A stretch of DNA of 63,162 nt, the filler included, from Sphacelaria rigidula (Eukaryota), in assembly GCA_964200075.2 (NCBI GenBank). It is 9 parts of 9 records of this genome, joined end to end, with 100 filler letters (N's around TTAATTAATTAA, not from the genome) between each part and the next. Parts side by side here need not be neighbours in the genome. Positions count along the whole stretch, not along the records: positions 21,091 to 28,019 come from CAXNAA020017358.1; positions 28,120 to 35,048 come from CAXNAA020017359.1; positions 35,149 to 42,077 come from CAXNAA020017360.1; 6 more parts are not named here. The stretch is one strand, 5' to 3'. The notes beneath the pieces were generated by a model. It saw only the letters and a list, made by a program, of their open reading frames with translations, had not been told where the DNA came from and made no database searches. The position numbers and the translations under genes are program-made. Shown here one piece after another: positions 26,156 to 37,339 of the stretch. The number at the start of each line of letters is the position of its first letter. Positions within the stretch are counted from its first letter, which is position 1.

Positions 26156-27985
26156 TTGAACATGAAGGGGGGGTGGAAAGAGGACCCTGGGATTGTGTTT
26201 AACACGGCTCGGGAAGCAGCAGAGGCATGGAAGACGGTGGAAGCGGCGGATAAGCAGCGCCGTCAGCAGCCGCAGCTGAAACAAAGGAGTGGCAATGGGA
26301 CTTCCGGAAGCAAGCGCCAACCAAATGGTGGAAAAACGGCGAGCAGTGGAAATGGGACTACCAGTTCGGGGAAAACCCGCAAACCAGGCCCAAGCTATGC
26401 AGGTTGTTTCTCATGTGGAGACAAGGGCCACTTCGTGAAGGGTCGTCAGCAGCAAAGCCAAGCTGCTGCTCCACAACATACTACAATAGGTGGGCAGTCG
26501 AAGGCCGGCGACACGCAGCAGCAACAACAGCAGCTGTCGCAGGGCCCTGGACAGGTGCCTCGCGGAGGGGGCACGAGTCCCGCCCCTACGAGGGCTGTCT
26601 TTTCAGCCGATGGACAAAGTGCTCCCAGCGGTGGGGCGACGTTGCCACCAGAACCGGTCGTTTCTACTGGTGGCGTACAGCGGACCATCTCATCGCACTC
26701 TTTCCCGGGTTCGAACTCTGCGGCGGTGCCAGCATGGAGATCGCTCAAAGCGGGTGAGGTGTCAGGTTTTCAATCTGAGGGTCTGCAAGTAGATCACAAG
26801 GAAAGGTGGTGTTTTGCCGACTTGTCTGTCCCGAGTGCAGGGGCAAAGGGTGTTCGTCCGGTCACGGCTATTTCGGATTCAGGATCTGGACTTACGACCA
26901 TGTCAGCTGGTGTGGCGGCGAAATTGCAAGCCATGGTTCCAGATGACCAAGTGGTGAGATCGATGGCTGGTGAACAGTTGGTGAAATTGGCAAATGACAA
27001 TGTTGAGCGCGTGAAGCAGAAAACTTGCCCTGTCCACATCGCTTTACACACCAGCTGGGGACCGGTTGTGCTGGACCCATGTTTATATGCGGTCATGCCG
27101 GGTACAGATGATGTGATCATCATGGGGAGCCCTACGCTGGAGGCGCTGGGCATTGACGTGTACAGTAGCTTAGGTGCCTGTGCACGTGCAAGAAACACTT
27201 CGGTGCGAGGTGTAAACACGCCTGATTTTACGGACTGTCGGCGTGTCAGTACCACGGTTGACGCTTTACAGCAACCAGGAGGTCGGGCGGAGCCCGTTTA
27301 TTCCTCAGTCGAGCGGTTGTTGTCGAGAAGTCCGGCGATGAGCATATCCCCGGAAAAAGAGCTTGCTGAGCGTGATGTTGCGCCGGAGGAGGCAGTACAA
27401 CCCGCCGCGGGTAACGGCCTATCGGATAGCGACGTGAGCCAAATTCATGAGCCTGTACGGAGCAGAGCGAGCATTTTTAGGCGAGTGCTGCATGGTTATC
27501 CGCCTGATCGCGTCGAGTCCTTGAAGGTGAAATTCAAACCTGCTGGTGTGGAGGCAAAGGCTCGGCCGAGGGCGTACTTTCCGGTCAGGATGGCGTGGTT
27601 GGCACGCTGCATTGCAACATTGGTGGCGCTCGGGCTCGTGTACTGCAGTTTGCAGGTAGAGTGGGCGAGAGCGGCGATTGCAACGCCCGAGAAGTCCTGT
27701 TTCCGCTGGATGAATGCATACAAGGCGGGGGAGGGAGTTTCCCGTCACCACAAGGAGGTGGTGCATGGTGTTCGCCCAGGGAAGCTTTTTCATTTCAATT
27801 TTCTCAGTATTGGCGAGGGTGGTCCGCTGGGAGATGATGGCTTGGACAAAGGAGATCGCTTCAAGTACATATTGGTAAGGATAGATGAACCGGGCGACTT
27901 CGTGCGGTTGGAGCCCGCCGAGTCTTGTACGGCGGCAACGACGGTGAAGCATCTGTTAACAGCCGATCCTAATTTTTGGGGTTGA
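26156..27985 (+). CDS. Gag C-terminus, aspartic protease, RT N-terminus and integrase fragment (609-codon ORF of a defective Gypsy)
   Basis: Zn knuckle CFSCGDKGHFVKGR (last Cys lost), protease ISDSGSGLT and IMGSPTL, RT start KARPRAY..EWA..FRWMNAYKA, integrase HGVRPGKLFHFNFL..KYILVRIDE. Confidence 0.8.
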   Translation: MNMKGGWKEDPGIVFNTAREAAEAWKTVEAADKQRRQQPQLKQRSGNGTSGSKRQPNGGKTASSGNGTTSSGKTRKPGPSYAGCFSCGDKGHFVKGRQQQSQAAAPQHTTIGGQSKAGDTQQQQQQLSQGPGQVPRGGGTSPAPTRAVFSADGQSAPSGGATLPPEPVVSTGGVQRTISSHSFPGSNSAAVPAWRSLKAGEVSGFQSEGLQVDHKERWCFADLSVPSAGAKGVRPVTAISDSGSGLTTMSAGVAAKLQAMVPDDQVVRSMAGEQLVKLANDNVERVKQKTCPVHIALHTSWGPVVLDPCLYAVMPGTDDVIIMGSPTLEALGIDVYSSLGACARARNTSVRGVNTPDFTDCRRVSTTVDALQQPGGRAEPVYSSVERLLSRSPAMSISPEKELAERDVAPEEAVQPAAGNGLSDSDVSQIHEPVRSRASIFRRVLHGYPPDRVESLKVKFKPAGVEAKARPRAYFPVRMAWLARCIATLVALGLVYCSLQVEWARAAIATPEKSCFRWMNAYKAGEGVSRHHKEVVHGVRPGKLFHFNFLSIGEGGPLGDDGLDKGDRFKYILVRIDEPGDFVRLEPAESCTAATTVKHLLTADPNFWG

Positions 27986-28119
27986 AACATAATATGAGGT
28001 TGAAGTCCCATCCCTTCATNNNNNNNNNNNNNNNNNNNNNNNNNNNNNNNNNNNNNNNNNNNNTTAATTAATTAANNNNNNNNNNNNNNNNNNNNNNNNN
28101 NNNNNNNNNNNNNNNNNNN

Positions 28120-28168
28120 AATTCGGCTCTGACCATTCCCAGCCCTCCAGTATTCGGTCGCGAGTGAC
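28120..28168 (-). CDS. RNASEH2A: RNase H2 subunit A, exon running into the contig end
   Basis: aacag acceptor; VTRDRILEGWEWSEPN completes AASIIAK-VTRD. Confidence 0.88.
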
Positions 28169-28418
28169 CTGTTCGTTTTGTTGCCCATTCGAAACGTAAA
28201 AAAAAAAAAAGGAAAAAAAAAGGAAAAAAAAAGGGGGACAAAAAACTTCATTTCCGCAAAAAATGGTCCGAATCAATGGACACGCTGAGTTTAGCCTCCT
28301 GTGGGAATATGACGTACCTGTGGGATGATTAAATAATTCCTGCGTAGTGCGTAGGGTCTTGGAAAACAGTGGCGCATGACACGTCTTCATGTTGTCCTTG
28401 TTCGGTGGGGGGAGGGAG

Positions 28419-28512
28419 GGGGGGGGTACTCATGATCTTGCATGCCTCTTGTCATATGACCCTTGACCTCGCACCCTACGGACGAGGGACGGAGCACGCC
28501 AGGTTTTCGGTG
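28419..28512 (-). mobile_element. C-tailed retroposon family B, 3' fragment (intronic)
   Basis: gggggggtactcatgatcttgcatgcc...gggacggagcacgccaggttttcg. Confidence 0.8.
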
Positions 28513-29081
28513 TGTACAGTACGGGGGGTTATATACTTGGGGTGGGAACATTTTTCACGCACGGCGTTACCAAACTCTCCAGGAGATTGGAAGCAGCAGC
28601 GAGTATCGTTTGGTTTGCTTCTTGCCCGAAAAAAAATCAAACAACTTCTATACAGCTAAACGATTCGTTTTACGGATTCCCCTCCCCCCCCCCCGCCCGA
28701 AAAGTATGATAGGGACCGAGGCAAAGTCTATCAGATGCTGATAATGTGCTTGCAGGCGCGGTGTAACTCGCGCTGATTCTTCCTGCATTCTTGTAGGAAA
28801 TTCAGAGACCTGGTTCCTTAAATCAGCGACTTGCATTCTTCATAGAGTGATGCCGCGTTAGCTCCCCCCCCAGAAAAATGGCAGGATTGAGGAGGCAAAA
28901 CCCACATGAAAATCGAAATGACAACTGCCGAGCACACCGAGGACAGGAAACTGACTCCTCTGCTTGGGATCGTTTTCGCCGATGTCGCTCGTACGGCGTG
29001 CTTCAGGTAGCATGAAACCAACTACCACGCGCTGTACGGCCGTTTCCTTACTGACATTTTCGGGGCTGGCGTGTGTGTGTA

Positions 29082-29600
29082 AGGGGGGTGTACTCATGAT
29101 CTTGCATGCCATTGTCATCAGACCATTGGCCCCGCATCCCTACAAAGCCGGGACAGAGCACGCCGAGTTTTCGCCGGACCAGGCTCGCATTCCATCACCA
29201 AACGCGAAGCGTCGCGGTGTATTCGGCGAGTCGCATGAAGGGTGAGCTGCGTCTTGCTAAGATTGTTCCGCTCGAAGCGTGCTGATTATGTTGGACGTGG
29301 ATGACAGCCTCCAATGAATTGCTTCTTCTTCTGGTATCGCCACTTCCAGAGATAGCCACGGTTTGCGCACAGCCTCATGGGTGTCTCATGATTCAAACAT
29401 CACGTAGTACGATCATTCCCTTTGCGGGGAGTTGAGGTTCTCCCACCCCACACAACGTGATCTGGCTCGACCATCATGGTTACCGCAAAAAGACGCAAGG
29501 GCGCAAAAAAATCGGTAACCTGATTGCCTAGCTGATGCAGTGAGTGGCGTGTTCTACAGCGTCATCGCCAATCGACACCAACCTCATGGGAGGTCCGGTC
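29082..29600 (-). mobile_element. Longest family B retroposon copy (intronic)
   Basis: About 290 bp collinear with 41680-41981 and 59910-60195; the further extension to ~29600 is presumed. Confidence 0.75.
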
Positions 29601-29965
29601 CGCCCCTAGAAGCCGGGACAGAGCACACCGGGTTTTCGCCGGACCAAGCTAGTGGGGGTGGGTGGGGGTGGGTGGGGGCGCTATCGCGGGATTACTCATA
29701 ATAAATGCTACGTCCTGGTTTGGGGAACTAGGTACGATTTCGATGCACTGTAAGGCGATCTCTTTACTAAACAAATGCTGCCAAATTGGCGCTGGGGGGG
29801 GGGGGAAGGGGGCTCCCATGGAACGATTCAAATTTTCGTTGTATGATAACTTTCCCTATCGAGTGAAAAGTCGAACAACTACCTAAACTGTACATGCGCC
29901 CTCCCTTCATGGCGCGGTTTGCACGTTTACGTAATTTTTTCCTTCCCCCTGCCCTCCCCTCCTGA

Positions 29966-30043
29966 TTGCTCCGTCTCGAAAGGGATGCGTGGTCAATGGG
30001 CACACGACTTAAGCAAGCAACAAATGAGTACGCCCCCCCCCCC
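29966..30043 (+). mobile_element. LINE family A 3' fragment with a C11 tail
   Basis: gctccgtctcgaaagggatgcgtggtcaatg...aaatgagtacgccccccccccc; ccctccc(c)tcct on both flanks. Confidence 0.82.
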
Positions 30044-30238
30044 TCCCTCCTTTCACCACAACACTGACTGTTGGCGATACATATGCGTGAGGTAGGAATA
30101 TAGGCGCTGTAATGCACGATCGGCGACGAGCAATACACAGGCTCTCAGTACTGAACCACTGGAAGAGATTAACCGGATATTGACCTCGACTGACAAACTC
30201 GTACTCATGATGCACTTGCGCACTCGTCCTCTACTGAC

Positions 30239-30326
30239 CTTCGCGATGATACTGGCGGCACTGACACTCTTGTACAGGCTGTCCGCCTTTTTAGCGACGG
30301 TGAACTTGATGCATCTGCCGAACTCC
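30239..30326 (-). CDS. RNASEH2A: RNase H2 subunit A exon
   Basis: EFGRCIKFTVAKKADSLYKSVSAASIIAK; AG/GT ends, phases 2 and 0 fit the neighbours. Confidence 0.93.
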
Positions 30327-30597
30327 CTGATTTTGAAAAATTCCAAATTGGGGGGTTGAAATAACAAAAAAAAAACTACATGCTTGTAGATTGGGACAAA
30401 AATATGGATGTCCATGAAGTCGAGCCGTCCATACGAGAAGTGAACTACAAGATATCGTAGAGGAGACAACACCTTTGAGACGTGCGGGCAAAAACGGGTG
30501 TGTGTGTACATCTATCTGCGCGGTTCATTACGTAGCGAGAAGAAAAGTTATCAAGATTCTCATGAATATGTAAATCTATCTGCGCGGTTTATCGTAT

Positions 30598-30790
30598 TTT
30601 GATTGGTTGATTGTCGCACTGTAACTGACCCCCCAGGGGTCCAGCCGTGGTCTCGTGATAGACGTACCGGAGAAAAAAGAAACTGGAACACGCTCTGAAG
30701 AAAAGAAGGGAATATATACTTTTAAAAAGTCGAACAGAACGACATGGGAGACTAAGTCGAGACAGAAGAAAAAAAAGTCAACACAGCCTG
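30598..30790 (-). mobile_element. Retroposon family C 3' fragment with a (CAAT)n-type tail
   Basis: gattgtcgcact..ccccaggggtccagccgtggtctcgtgatagacgtacc; homologues at 50289-50440 and 59030-59200. Confidence 0.75.
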
Positions 30791-31002
30791 TCGAAAAAAA
30801 AGAATAAAAACATTGTCATGGTAATGTTGAATATTAGTTACAATTGGAATCTCCGATCCTGTTCACGGCAGTCCACGAAATACGCTTGACAACACTCGCT
30901 AATTTCGATTTTAAGCCTCGCGAGAACAAACTCACGCAGCAGCGGCAACCGCAACCGCAGCATCAACAACAATGACGACGACGACGACGACATAAAACTC
31001 AC

Positions 31003-31211
31003 TTCTCAAGCTTGGATTGGTAGAACGCTGGATCTCCCACGGTGTCGACGAACACTTGACTCACGGTAACACCCCTCTTCTGGACAGCGCGGATCATTTC
31101 TGCGGCCGCGTCGTGAGAGATCACGTTGAGACTGTAGGGCGTCTTGCGGCACATTTTATCGGAGAGCTCCCTCGCTGAGATCAGACGCAGCACCCACCCC
31201 ACTTGCTCCGT
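31003..31211 (-). CDS. RNASEH2A: RNase H2 subunit A exon
   Basis: TEQVGWVLRLISARELSDKMCRKTPYSLNVISHDAAAEMI...VFVDTVGDPAFYQSKLE; donor gtgagt. Confidence 0.93.
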
Positions 31212-32581
31212 CTTTTCTCACGCGCAAACACATCAAAAACGCGCGAGCGTGCACCAACACAGACACGAGAAAACACACAGTAGTAGCACCTCGCGATTAG
31301 CCACCTCCCGAAATACCACAAACACAGGGCACTTCCTTGCCTCTTCGACGTTACCACAAATCACTTCCCTGCTCCTCTTTGCTTCAAGATTTCGGCACAA
31401 AATAAGATCTGGAGATAGATGTATGCATTTCGCTTGAAAGCTCATGTCGATACCCGCTGAGGAGATGGAGGAGGGGAAGGGGGGAGGGTAAGATCGGCAG
31501 CGACACGAACGGGTGTGCCCTGAAAAAATAATCCGAATTGCCTGTTTTTCTACCAAAAACAAGGGGAATCCCTTCATAAGCTTTGGGCAGACAGGTTGAA
31601 CGTAGTTGCACCGGCGAAATTTTTCGGATATGCGCACGATCGCAGAATATACTTCAGAATAATGTGTATGCGACCCCCTGATATGAAAGTTTGGGACCCT
31701 GAAAGTGATCACCCGGAGGTGGTATGCAGGGGGTGTTGTACCACGCACCCTAATAGAATACTGTATAGTAGATAGCGACATGGTACCCAAAAAAGTCGAA
31801 ATATATTCACTCGAGGGTGTTACTATATACTTCCCTCTGTTCGGAAATATAGGCTTTCTCGGAAATATCGGGAATGTAAGCTCGCTTCAGGAAGTATGCG
31901 AATAACGCGGTTCTTGATCAGGCCATCACCGGTATGTGTTCCGCACATCATTTGTGCCATGTGCAAAAAAAAAAGAAGCAGGGGATGACGTGATATTGCC
32001 CCCGGAAAAAAAACACCCCCACGCAAGATAACACCCCCCAGAATGGGCTAGTTGCCGGCGTTGCTCGTGTGCTGTTGTTGGGTCGGACCACAAAAAAAGT
32101 GGTTCTACGAGCTCCGCCGAATCGGCACGAATTCCGCCGAATAAGGCGATTGAAAAAAATTTAGGGGGAAGGCCTCCAACCGGTGGTTTTCCCTTTTTTC
32201 GGCCAGGGACTCTGTGGTCACCGAGGGTATAGGTGGTGTTGTACTGTGGACTGACCCAAGACCTCGGTTTTGGGGTGTTCTTCAGGTCGTCACGAAAAAA
32301 AAAAAAAATCGCATTTGGGCCAAAGGTATGCCTCTTTTTCTCTGAGAGAGCCTACATTTCTGTCGGCGTGAGTGTGAAGACGGAACCTTTGGACAGTCAG
32401 TGCTTGCTGTTCGGTTAGGTTTTGCTCGACGACGAGGTATCAAGTACCAGCATCAACAACCAAACCACTTTCGTGCTCGCATACGAAGGGCGAAGTAAAC
32501 ACCACCTCAAAAATAGAAAATACCACCAGCAGGGGCGACAGCGGCAACGACAACCACAGCAAGAGAGAAGAGAAGACGTAC

Positions 32582-32817
32582 CTTGTCAATACGCTCGAAG
32601 AGACCCTCTCGTTGCGCCGGGGAGAGAGCCTTGGAATCGTCGAAGCCCATGGCCGACACAACCTTATCATCCGCACACGACCAGTACGCCGCGCCGTACG
32701 TCATGGGACCGAGCACGGGGCCCCTGCCCGCCTCGTCGATGCCCAGTATGACGCCTTGTCCGTCGCCCCCGTCCTTCGTGCTCTTGCAGTGCAGCGGAAC
32801 GGCGCTTGATATCAGCG
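32582..32817 (-). CDS. RNASEH2A: RNase H2 subunit A exon with the catalytic DEAGRGP motif (start exon upstream unresolved)
   Basis: VILGIDEAGRGPVLGPMTYG...GFDDSKALSPAQREGLFERIDK; donor gtacgt. Confidence 0.95.
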
Positions 32818-33942
32818 CTGAGCCGCAGCAGGCAGAGGGACTAGAGCAGAGGCAGCAGCAGCAGCAATTGTAGTAGTGGCGGAAGAGGAGGGGTAATTTG
32901 GTATGAAGTGTCGTGCGGTCCGTAGTTTCGAAAGGGTAGCCAAGTAGTAATGGATACTGTCGACTGGAATGACGTGGGATGAAGTTAAGAGTGAATGTGC
33001 ATGTGCATGTGGGATAGGTGGGACGACGGGGCGAGATATCTTGAATCTATTGAATACGGATACACATCGATTACTCCGAAAATATGAACCCTTGGGTATC
33101 AAGCCTCCTCTCGGTACAACTTCTCCACCATTATGGGCGTTTCTGAAGGGTGGTACCGGGCGTGCTTGGGTGATACGGGAACAATACTGAAGCCGACATA
33201 TAATCCCAGATCGACTACTCGGTATTCGCGTAAGACACAGATCGACCCATGGCGCCAACGAAGGAATCGAGCAAGATTTTCAGCGCACGTCCGACATCAC
33301 ACCTGCCCGGATGTGGTGCATGATCTCGTCGGTACATTTACATTTTAGGGGAGCGTTACCAAGAGACGGCACATATACAGCAGCCACTGCATACAGCCGT
33401 GGAGTTTATAGTGTGTTGTGGACTTGCGGGTGGTAAAGGGGAGTGCTTACGGCTGTTTGTGTGAGCTGTGACTGATTCCTGCGACTGACTAGTAAAAGCA
33501 CAAAAAGCTACCCAACCAGAAAAGTAGGTAGTTGGCAGCGCCAGACTGAGAGAGCTATAACCATAGCCTACACCGCGGATGGTAACGGTGTTCCGAGTTT
33601 GGGCCAAAAGGTAGGCAGCAGCATTTGGCCATGGTCGAGTGCGGCAGGTGCACTGTTTTTGCCCTCTGCGTATCACTCAGCTGTGATTATTGTCGGGTTC
33701 AAAAGTGTTGGGGCGGTGGAAACTCCGCCGCACCTGTGCTGTGCTATCGACCACAAAGGTTGGTGAGGGCGACCAGCTCACCGCTGCGGCTCCCTGCGCG
33801 TTGCTCGTGTGTGTGTCGACTTGTGCCCGTCAGTTGGCCGTCGGGGATGAGCGGGGACATGCTACAAATTTAAGGCACAAAATTAAAACGCCTCCAAAAT
33901 ATTTCCGTGTGAGCCACGCCTACAGCACGCACATCCCCTACA

Positions 33943-33944
33943 GT

Positions 33945-33989
<45 letters not shown>

Positions 33990-34266
33990 CGTCCCATCTA
34001 TTCTGGACGTCGGTCTACACCTTTCGGTATATGTGGGCGCACCAGCCTGGATCACACAGGAGGAAGGCCACATTTTTTTTTCGCGAGAGGGGATCAGCAG
34101 TCCTTTCCCCTCGTCGACCAGTACGTCGAATTTCGTGCACCCACGACGTAGGCGCTCTTCACTGTTGGGCATGGGGTGACGAAAAATTCCAGACCGCCCC
34201 GAGATTTGAACCCACGATACAATCGTCACAGGATTTCGAGGTTACCAACTGAGCAACCGGGGCGAC
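33943..34266 (-). mobile_element. Full-length tRNA-derived SINE with a (CA)n tail
   Basis: Head gccccggttgctcagttgg (A box) and gggttcaaatc (B box); ~200-bp body; CA tail; ccct(a/g)cagt near both flanks. Confidence 0.82.
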
Positions 34267-34490
34267 CGGCGAACCCTGCAGTAGCGAATATACGGTGTTC
34301 AGCTGTTCTGCAACAGCTGTTTGTTTTGATAGCACCATCATATTGTTGATCCGAGACAGCAAAGCGCTGCTGGTCCGGCGTGTGCATACATGACCATGAC
34401 GGCGGCACACGCGTGGCAACTGCCTTTTTTTCATGTTGGCGTTAGGCATTGTCTTCACCAACAACTATCCTGATCCCCCCCGTACCCTCT

Positions 34491-34570
34491 GATGCTCCGC
34501 CTCGAAAGGGATGCGTGGTAAATGGTCGAATGACTAAGGCAAGCATCAAATGAGTACGCCCCTCCCCCCC
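34491..34570 (+). mobile_element. LINE family A 3' fragment with a ~20-bp TSD
   Basis: Flanks cccccccgtaccctctgatgc and ccccccggtaccccctgaatgc. Confidence 0.85.
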
Positions 34571-34864
34571 GGTACCCCCTGAATGCGGCCGTCTCATCGC
34601 CCATCTAGGGAACCGGGTTATTGGAGGGGTAAACGGTAGGTGCACACCGCGCGCCAAGTTTTCACCGCGTGACCAACCATCGGGGAAAACTGCACAAGCA
34701 CCGTAGGTAAGGTAGGTACCCGGTAATAGTATTTGGGACACCTCATACCCTACCGATACCGGTCCAATCGGGTATTTTCAAATGTCATACCTATTATACG
34801 ATACCCACGATACCACAGTATTTCAAGATTTTAATACCTACTGTACCCGCCCAAACTACAAATC

Positions 34865-34939
34865 GGCGTGTGTAACTCAGTCGGTTAGAGTGTCAGGTTG
34901 TGGTTCTGAAAGACGGGGGTTCAAGTCCCCTTATTCGCC
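34865..34939 (+). tRNA. trnH: tRNA-His(GUG), mitochondrial type (NUMT, probably non-functional)
   Basis: Encoded G-1, D arm ACTC/GAGT, anticodon arm TCAGG-TTGTGGT-TCTGA, T loop TTCAAGT; one T-T mismatch in the acceptor stem. Confidence 0.85.
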
Positions 34940-34941
34940 TA

Positions 34942-35016
34942 GGCTATAGATAGTATAAGGGTTTAATGCGGTGGGTTGCAGTTCCATTAATGATGGTTCA
35001 AGTCCGTCTCTAGCTT
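34942..35016 (+). tRNA. trnC: tRNA-Cys(GCA), mitochondrial type, with a 2-nt insertion in the acceptor stem
   Basis: Anticodon arm GTGGG-TTGCAGT-TCCAT; T arm GATGG-TTCAAGT-CCGTC; 5' GGCTA(TA)GA against 3' TCTAGCT. Confidence 0.82.
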
Positions 35017-35048
35017 TCTTCAATAGCTCAGTTGGTAGAGCAAATGGC
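35017..35048 (+). tRNA. 5' half of a third tRNA, probably Asn, cut by the contig end
   Basis: TCTTCAA-TA-GCTCAGTTGGTAGAGC-A-AATGGC; anticodon not visible, identity inferred from recalled gene order. Confidence 0.65.
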
Positions 35049-35148
35049 NNNNNNNNNNNNNNNNNNNNNNNNNNNNNNNNNNNNNNNNNNNNTTAATTAA
35101 TTAANNNNNNNNNNNNNNNNNNNNNNNNNNNNNNNNNNNNNNNNNNNN

Positions 35149-35207
35149 TCCTCCGGGTTCTCATCCTCAATCAAAAGCACCATCCTCAACATAGATGATT
35201 GGCTGTT
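35149..35207. mobile_element. Right end of a 7607-family foldback at the contig start
   Basis: tcctccgggttctcatcctcaat...gatgattggctgtt. Confidence 0.75.
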
Positions 35208-35666
35208 ATCACATCATGGATCATGACATGGGCTTAAATCATGATCCCTGGGCGATGGTTAAACTTTTTTGTTTTGCTTGTTGGTTTTGTCGGAGCTCGG
35301 CGGTCAGCTCCCATTTCGTACTGTGCTTCATTCGGCGGTTGGAGTTGGACACGGCGCGGCACCCATGCCTTGAGAGCTTTCATGGAAGATTGTGCAACAA
35401 AGAGGTACTGTTATCTGCGCACTCAATGCTGTAAGTACAGATACCGTATCAAGTGATGTACATGCTCGTCCTTGGTTGATGCGACCTTCAACCCAAACCG
35501 ATTTGAGATGTCTACGGCGTATAACACCCCAGGACAGGGAGATTTCGAGCCTCGGTCCTCTTGGAGACTGCTCTGGTGTTGCGACCGAATGATACTTTGG
35601 AAGAAGTTCGTTGAGATCATTTGATCAACTGAATGTTGGGCAGTAGACGGTCTTGACTTCTCCAGA

Positions 35667-35918
35667 GACACTTTCTACGATAGCCTCCCCCCCAAAAGTG
35701 CATGGTTTTGGGAGGCGATATCTTCATGTAAATCGAAACGGGAAAAGCCGAACAGAACGAGGGGCTGGGAATTCCCACGCTTGGGTTCGTTTTAGCCAAT
35801 GTCGCCAATATGAGGCGCTTCATGCAGTCTGAATTCAAACATCAGGCGCTGTATGGCTATTTTTTTCGTGACACTTTTGAGCTGGTTTTGGGGGGGGGGG
35901 GCTATCGTAGGAAGTGTC
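35667..35918. mobile_element. MITE with GACAC...GTGTC termini and CAGA TSD
   Basis: gacactttctacgatagcc and ggctatcgtaggaagtgtc; a related end lies near 42250-42268. Confidence 0.85.
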
Positions 35919-36468
35919 CAGAATTGATGCTGAACAGCGCATCACCAGGGGTGCTATATCCCGTCATACACGCTGCACTGTTGTGCTGTGCGGTGCCGCT
36001 CGTACCGTCGCAAGCACGCCTACGAGGGCACACATACGCTCCTGGTCTTTTATCTAGAACCAGCGGCGTGACCATATACCTTCTACTCCCTAGTCTACCG
36101 TACTGCACTCCACGGTCCTTTTGAACTGACCACATCTAGTGGCGGACACGCGAAGTACGCACGTGTCGCTGCGGTCGTCTGCTGTGTAGAAAACATGAGC
36201 AGGAACCATACCAAGCGTGGCAGGTCGAGCACTCTAGCGCCTTGCAGCCAGACATCGCTACGTCGCTCGGTAAAAACAAACGCTGCCTGCGGGAAATCCA
36301 CACTGTGAATTCTGACAGGTGGTCTCAACTTGTCTGACTGTTGGGGGCACGTATTGTACTCTTACTGCGTTTGAAGTGAAACGTATCCGTACATTACGGG
36401 GTATAGCACTCCCCGTCGACTGGTACACAAACTACTCGTGACGTCACGTCGTGACCAAGATTGATCTT

Positions 36469-36736
36469 GCGCAGAGCAAAATAGTCGATGCCTTGATCTT
36501 GACACTCGCACTCGTTGATTCAGTCGTGAGACCTCTTTAAATCAGTCCCGTGGTCGCTCGAGTCAGCAGAGCGAAATAGTCCACGTCTTGATCTTGACAC
36601 TCGCACTCGTTGATTCAGTCGTGAAACCTCTTTGAATCAGTCCCGCATGTTCGCGAAGTGGTCGCCATGAGGCTGCTTCTTCAATAGTGGAGAAAGTTAT
36701 TTTCAATAGTGGTTTCAATAGTGGTTTCAATAGTGG
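36469..36736 (+). repeat. Two ~80-bp direct repeats followed by (TTTCAATAGTGG)n
   Basis: ttgatcttgacactcgcactcgttgattcagtcgtga occurs twice; a 12-mer occurs about four times. Confidence 0.85.
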
Positions 36737-36746
36737 TCGTGTTGAA

Positions 36747-37204
36747 CCTTTCATCACGGATTATTGGCGCAATACGGGCCTTGGCGGATTTGGCCTCCTC
36801 GGAAAGATTGACGATGTTTTTCATGACGATTCTAGCGCCTTTTCCTATCGTTTGTACGCCCAGTTTTACTTTTGACCGGATTTTGATTTTTTTCAGTCGC
36901 CCCCAACATCGTCCAGTTGTCGGGAAACATACGTACTCCCCCAAAATCGTTACTTTTAACCGGATTCTGAATTTTTTCAGTCGCCCCCAAAATCATCCAG
37001 TTGTCGGGAGAATGGCTTACTTTCTCTCGACCACTGGGCGATTTTGGGGGCGACTGAAAAAATCCAGAAGCCGGCCAAAAGTAAAACTGGGCGTACGAAA
37101 GATCGGACAAGCGTGTTGGAATCCTCGTTAAAAAATTAGCAAATCTTTCCGAGGAGACCTAATCGGACAAGGCCCGTATTCCGCCAATAATCTGTGATGA
37201 AAGG
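36747..37204. mobile_element. Foldback MITE with piggyBac-like ends
   Basis: cctttcatcacggattattggcg...cgccaataatctgtgatgaaagg; long inverted arms; flanks TGAA and TTTT (decayed TTAA?); ~80-bp internal duplication. Confidence 0.78.
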
Positions 37205-37339
37205 TTTTTTTTTTGCAGTTTATAAGAAGTGGCCTGGCTCATGCCGTCTCGTCCATTTTTCCGAATACGGATCACTTGAGACCATTCGCAAGGTATATTT
37301 TTTCAAAACTTATACTGTAGTATGAAGATCAGTCTTCAC

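Larger units (their letters stand above)
25060..28019 (+). mobile_element. Ty3/Gypsy-like LTR retrotransposon, internally deleted
   Basis: Putative LTR ending aaattaca near 25470 with an upstream AATAAA; gag and pol ORFs follow; truncated by the contig end; the LTR start is uncertain. Confidence 0.8.

Noticed and set aside
25060-28168. Gypsy element inside an RNASEH2A intron
   Set aside because: Different scaffolds joined by a linker
33236-33335. First exon of RNASEH2A (ATG G|gt or MHHIRA|gt)
   Set aside because: Two phase-compatible candidates that cannot be separated without transcripts
34491-34570. Hammerhead ribozyme in the family A tail
   Set aside because: The core CTGANGA is not conserved across copies, and GAAA is a hairpin loop
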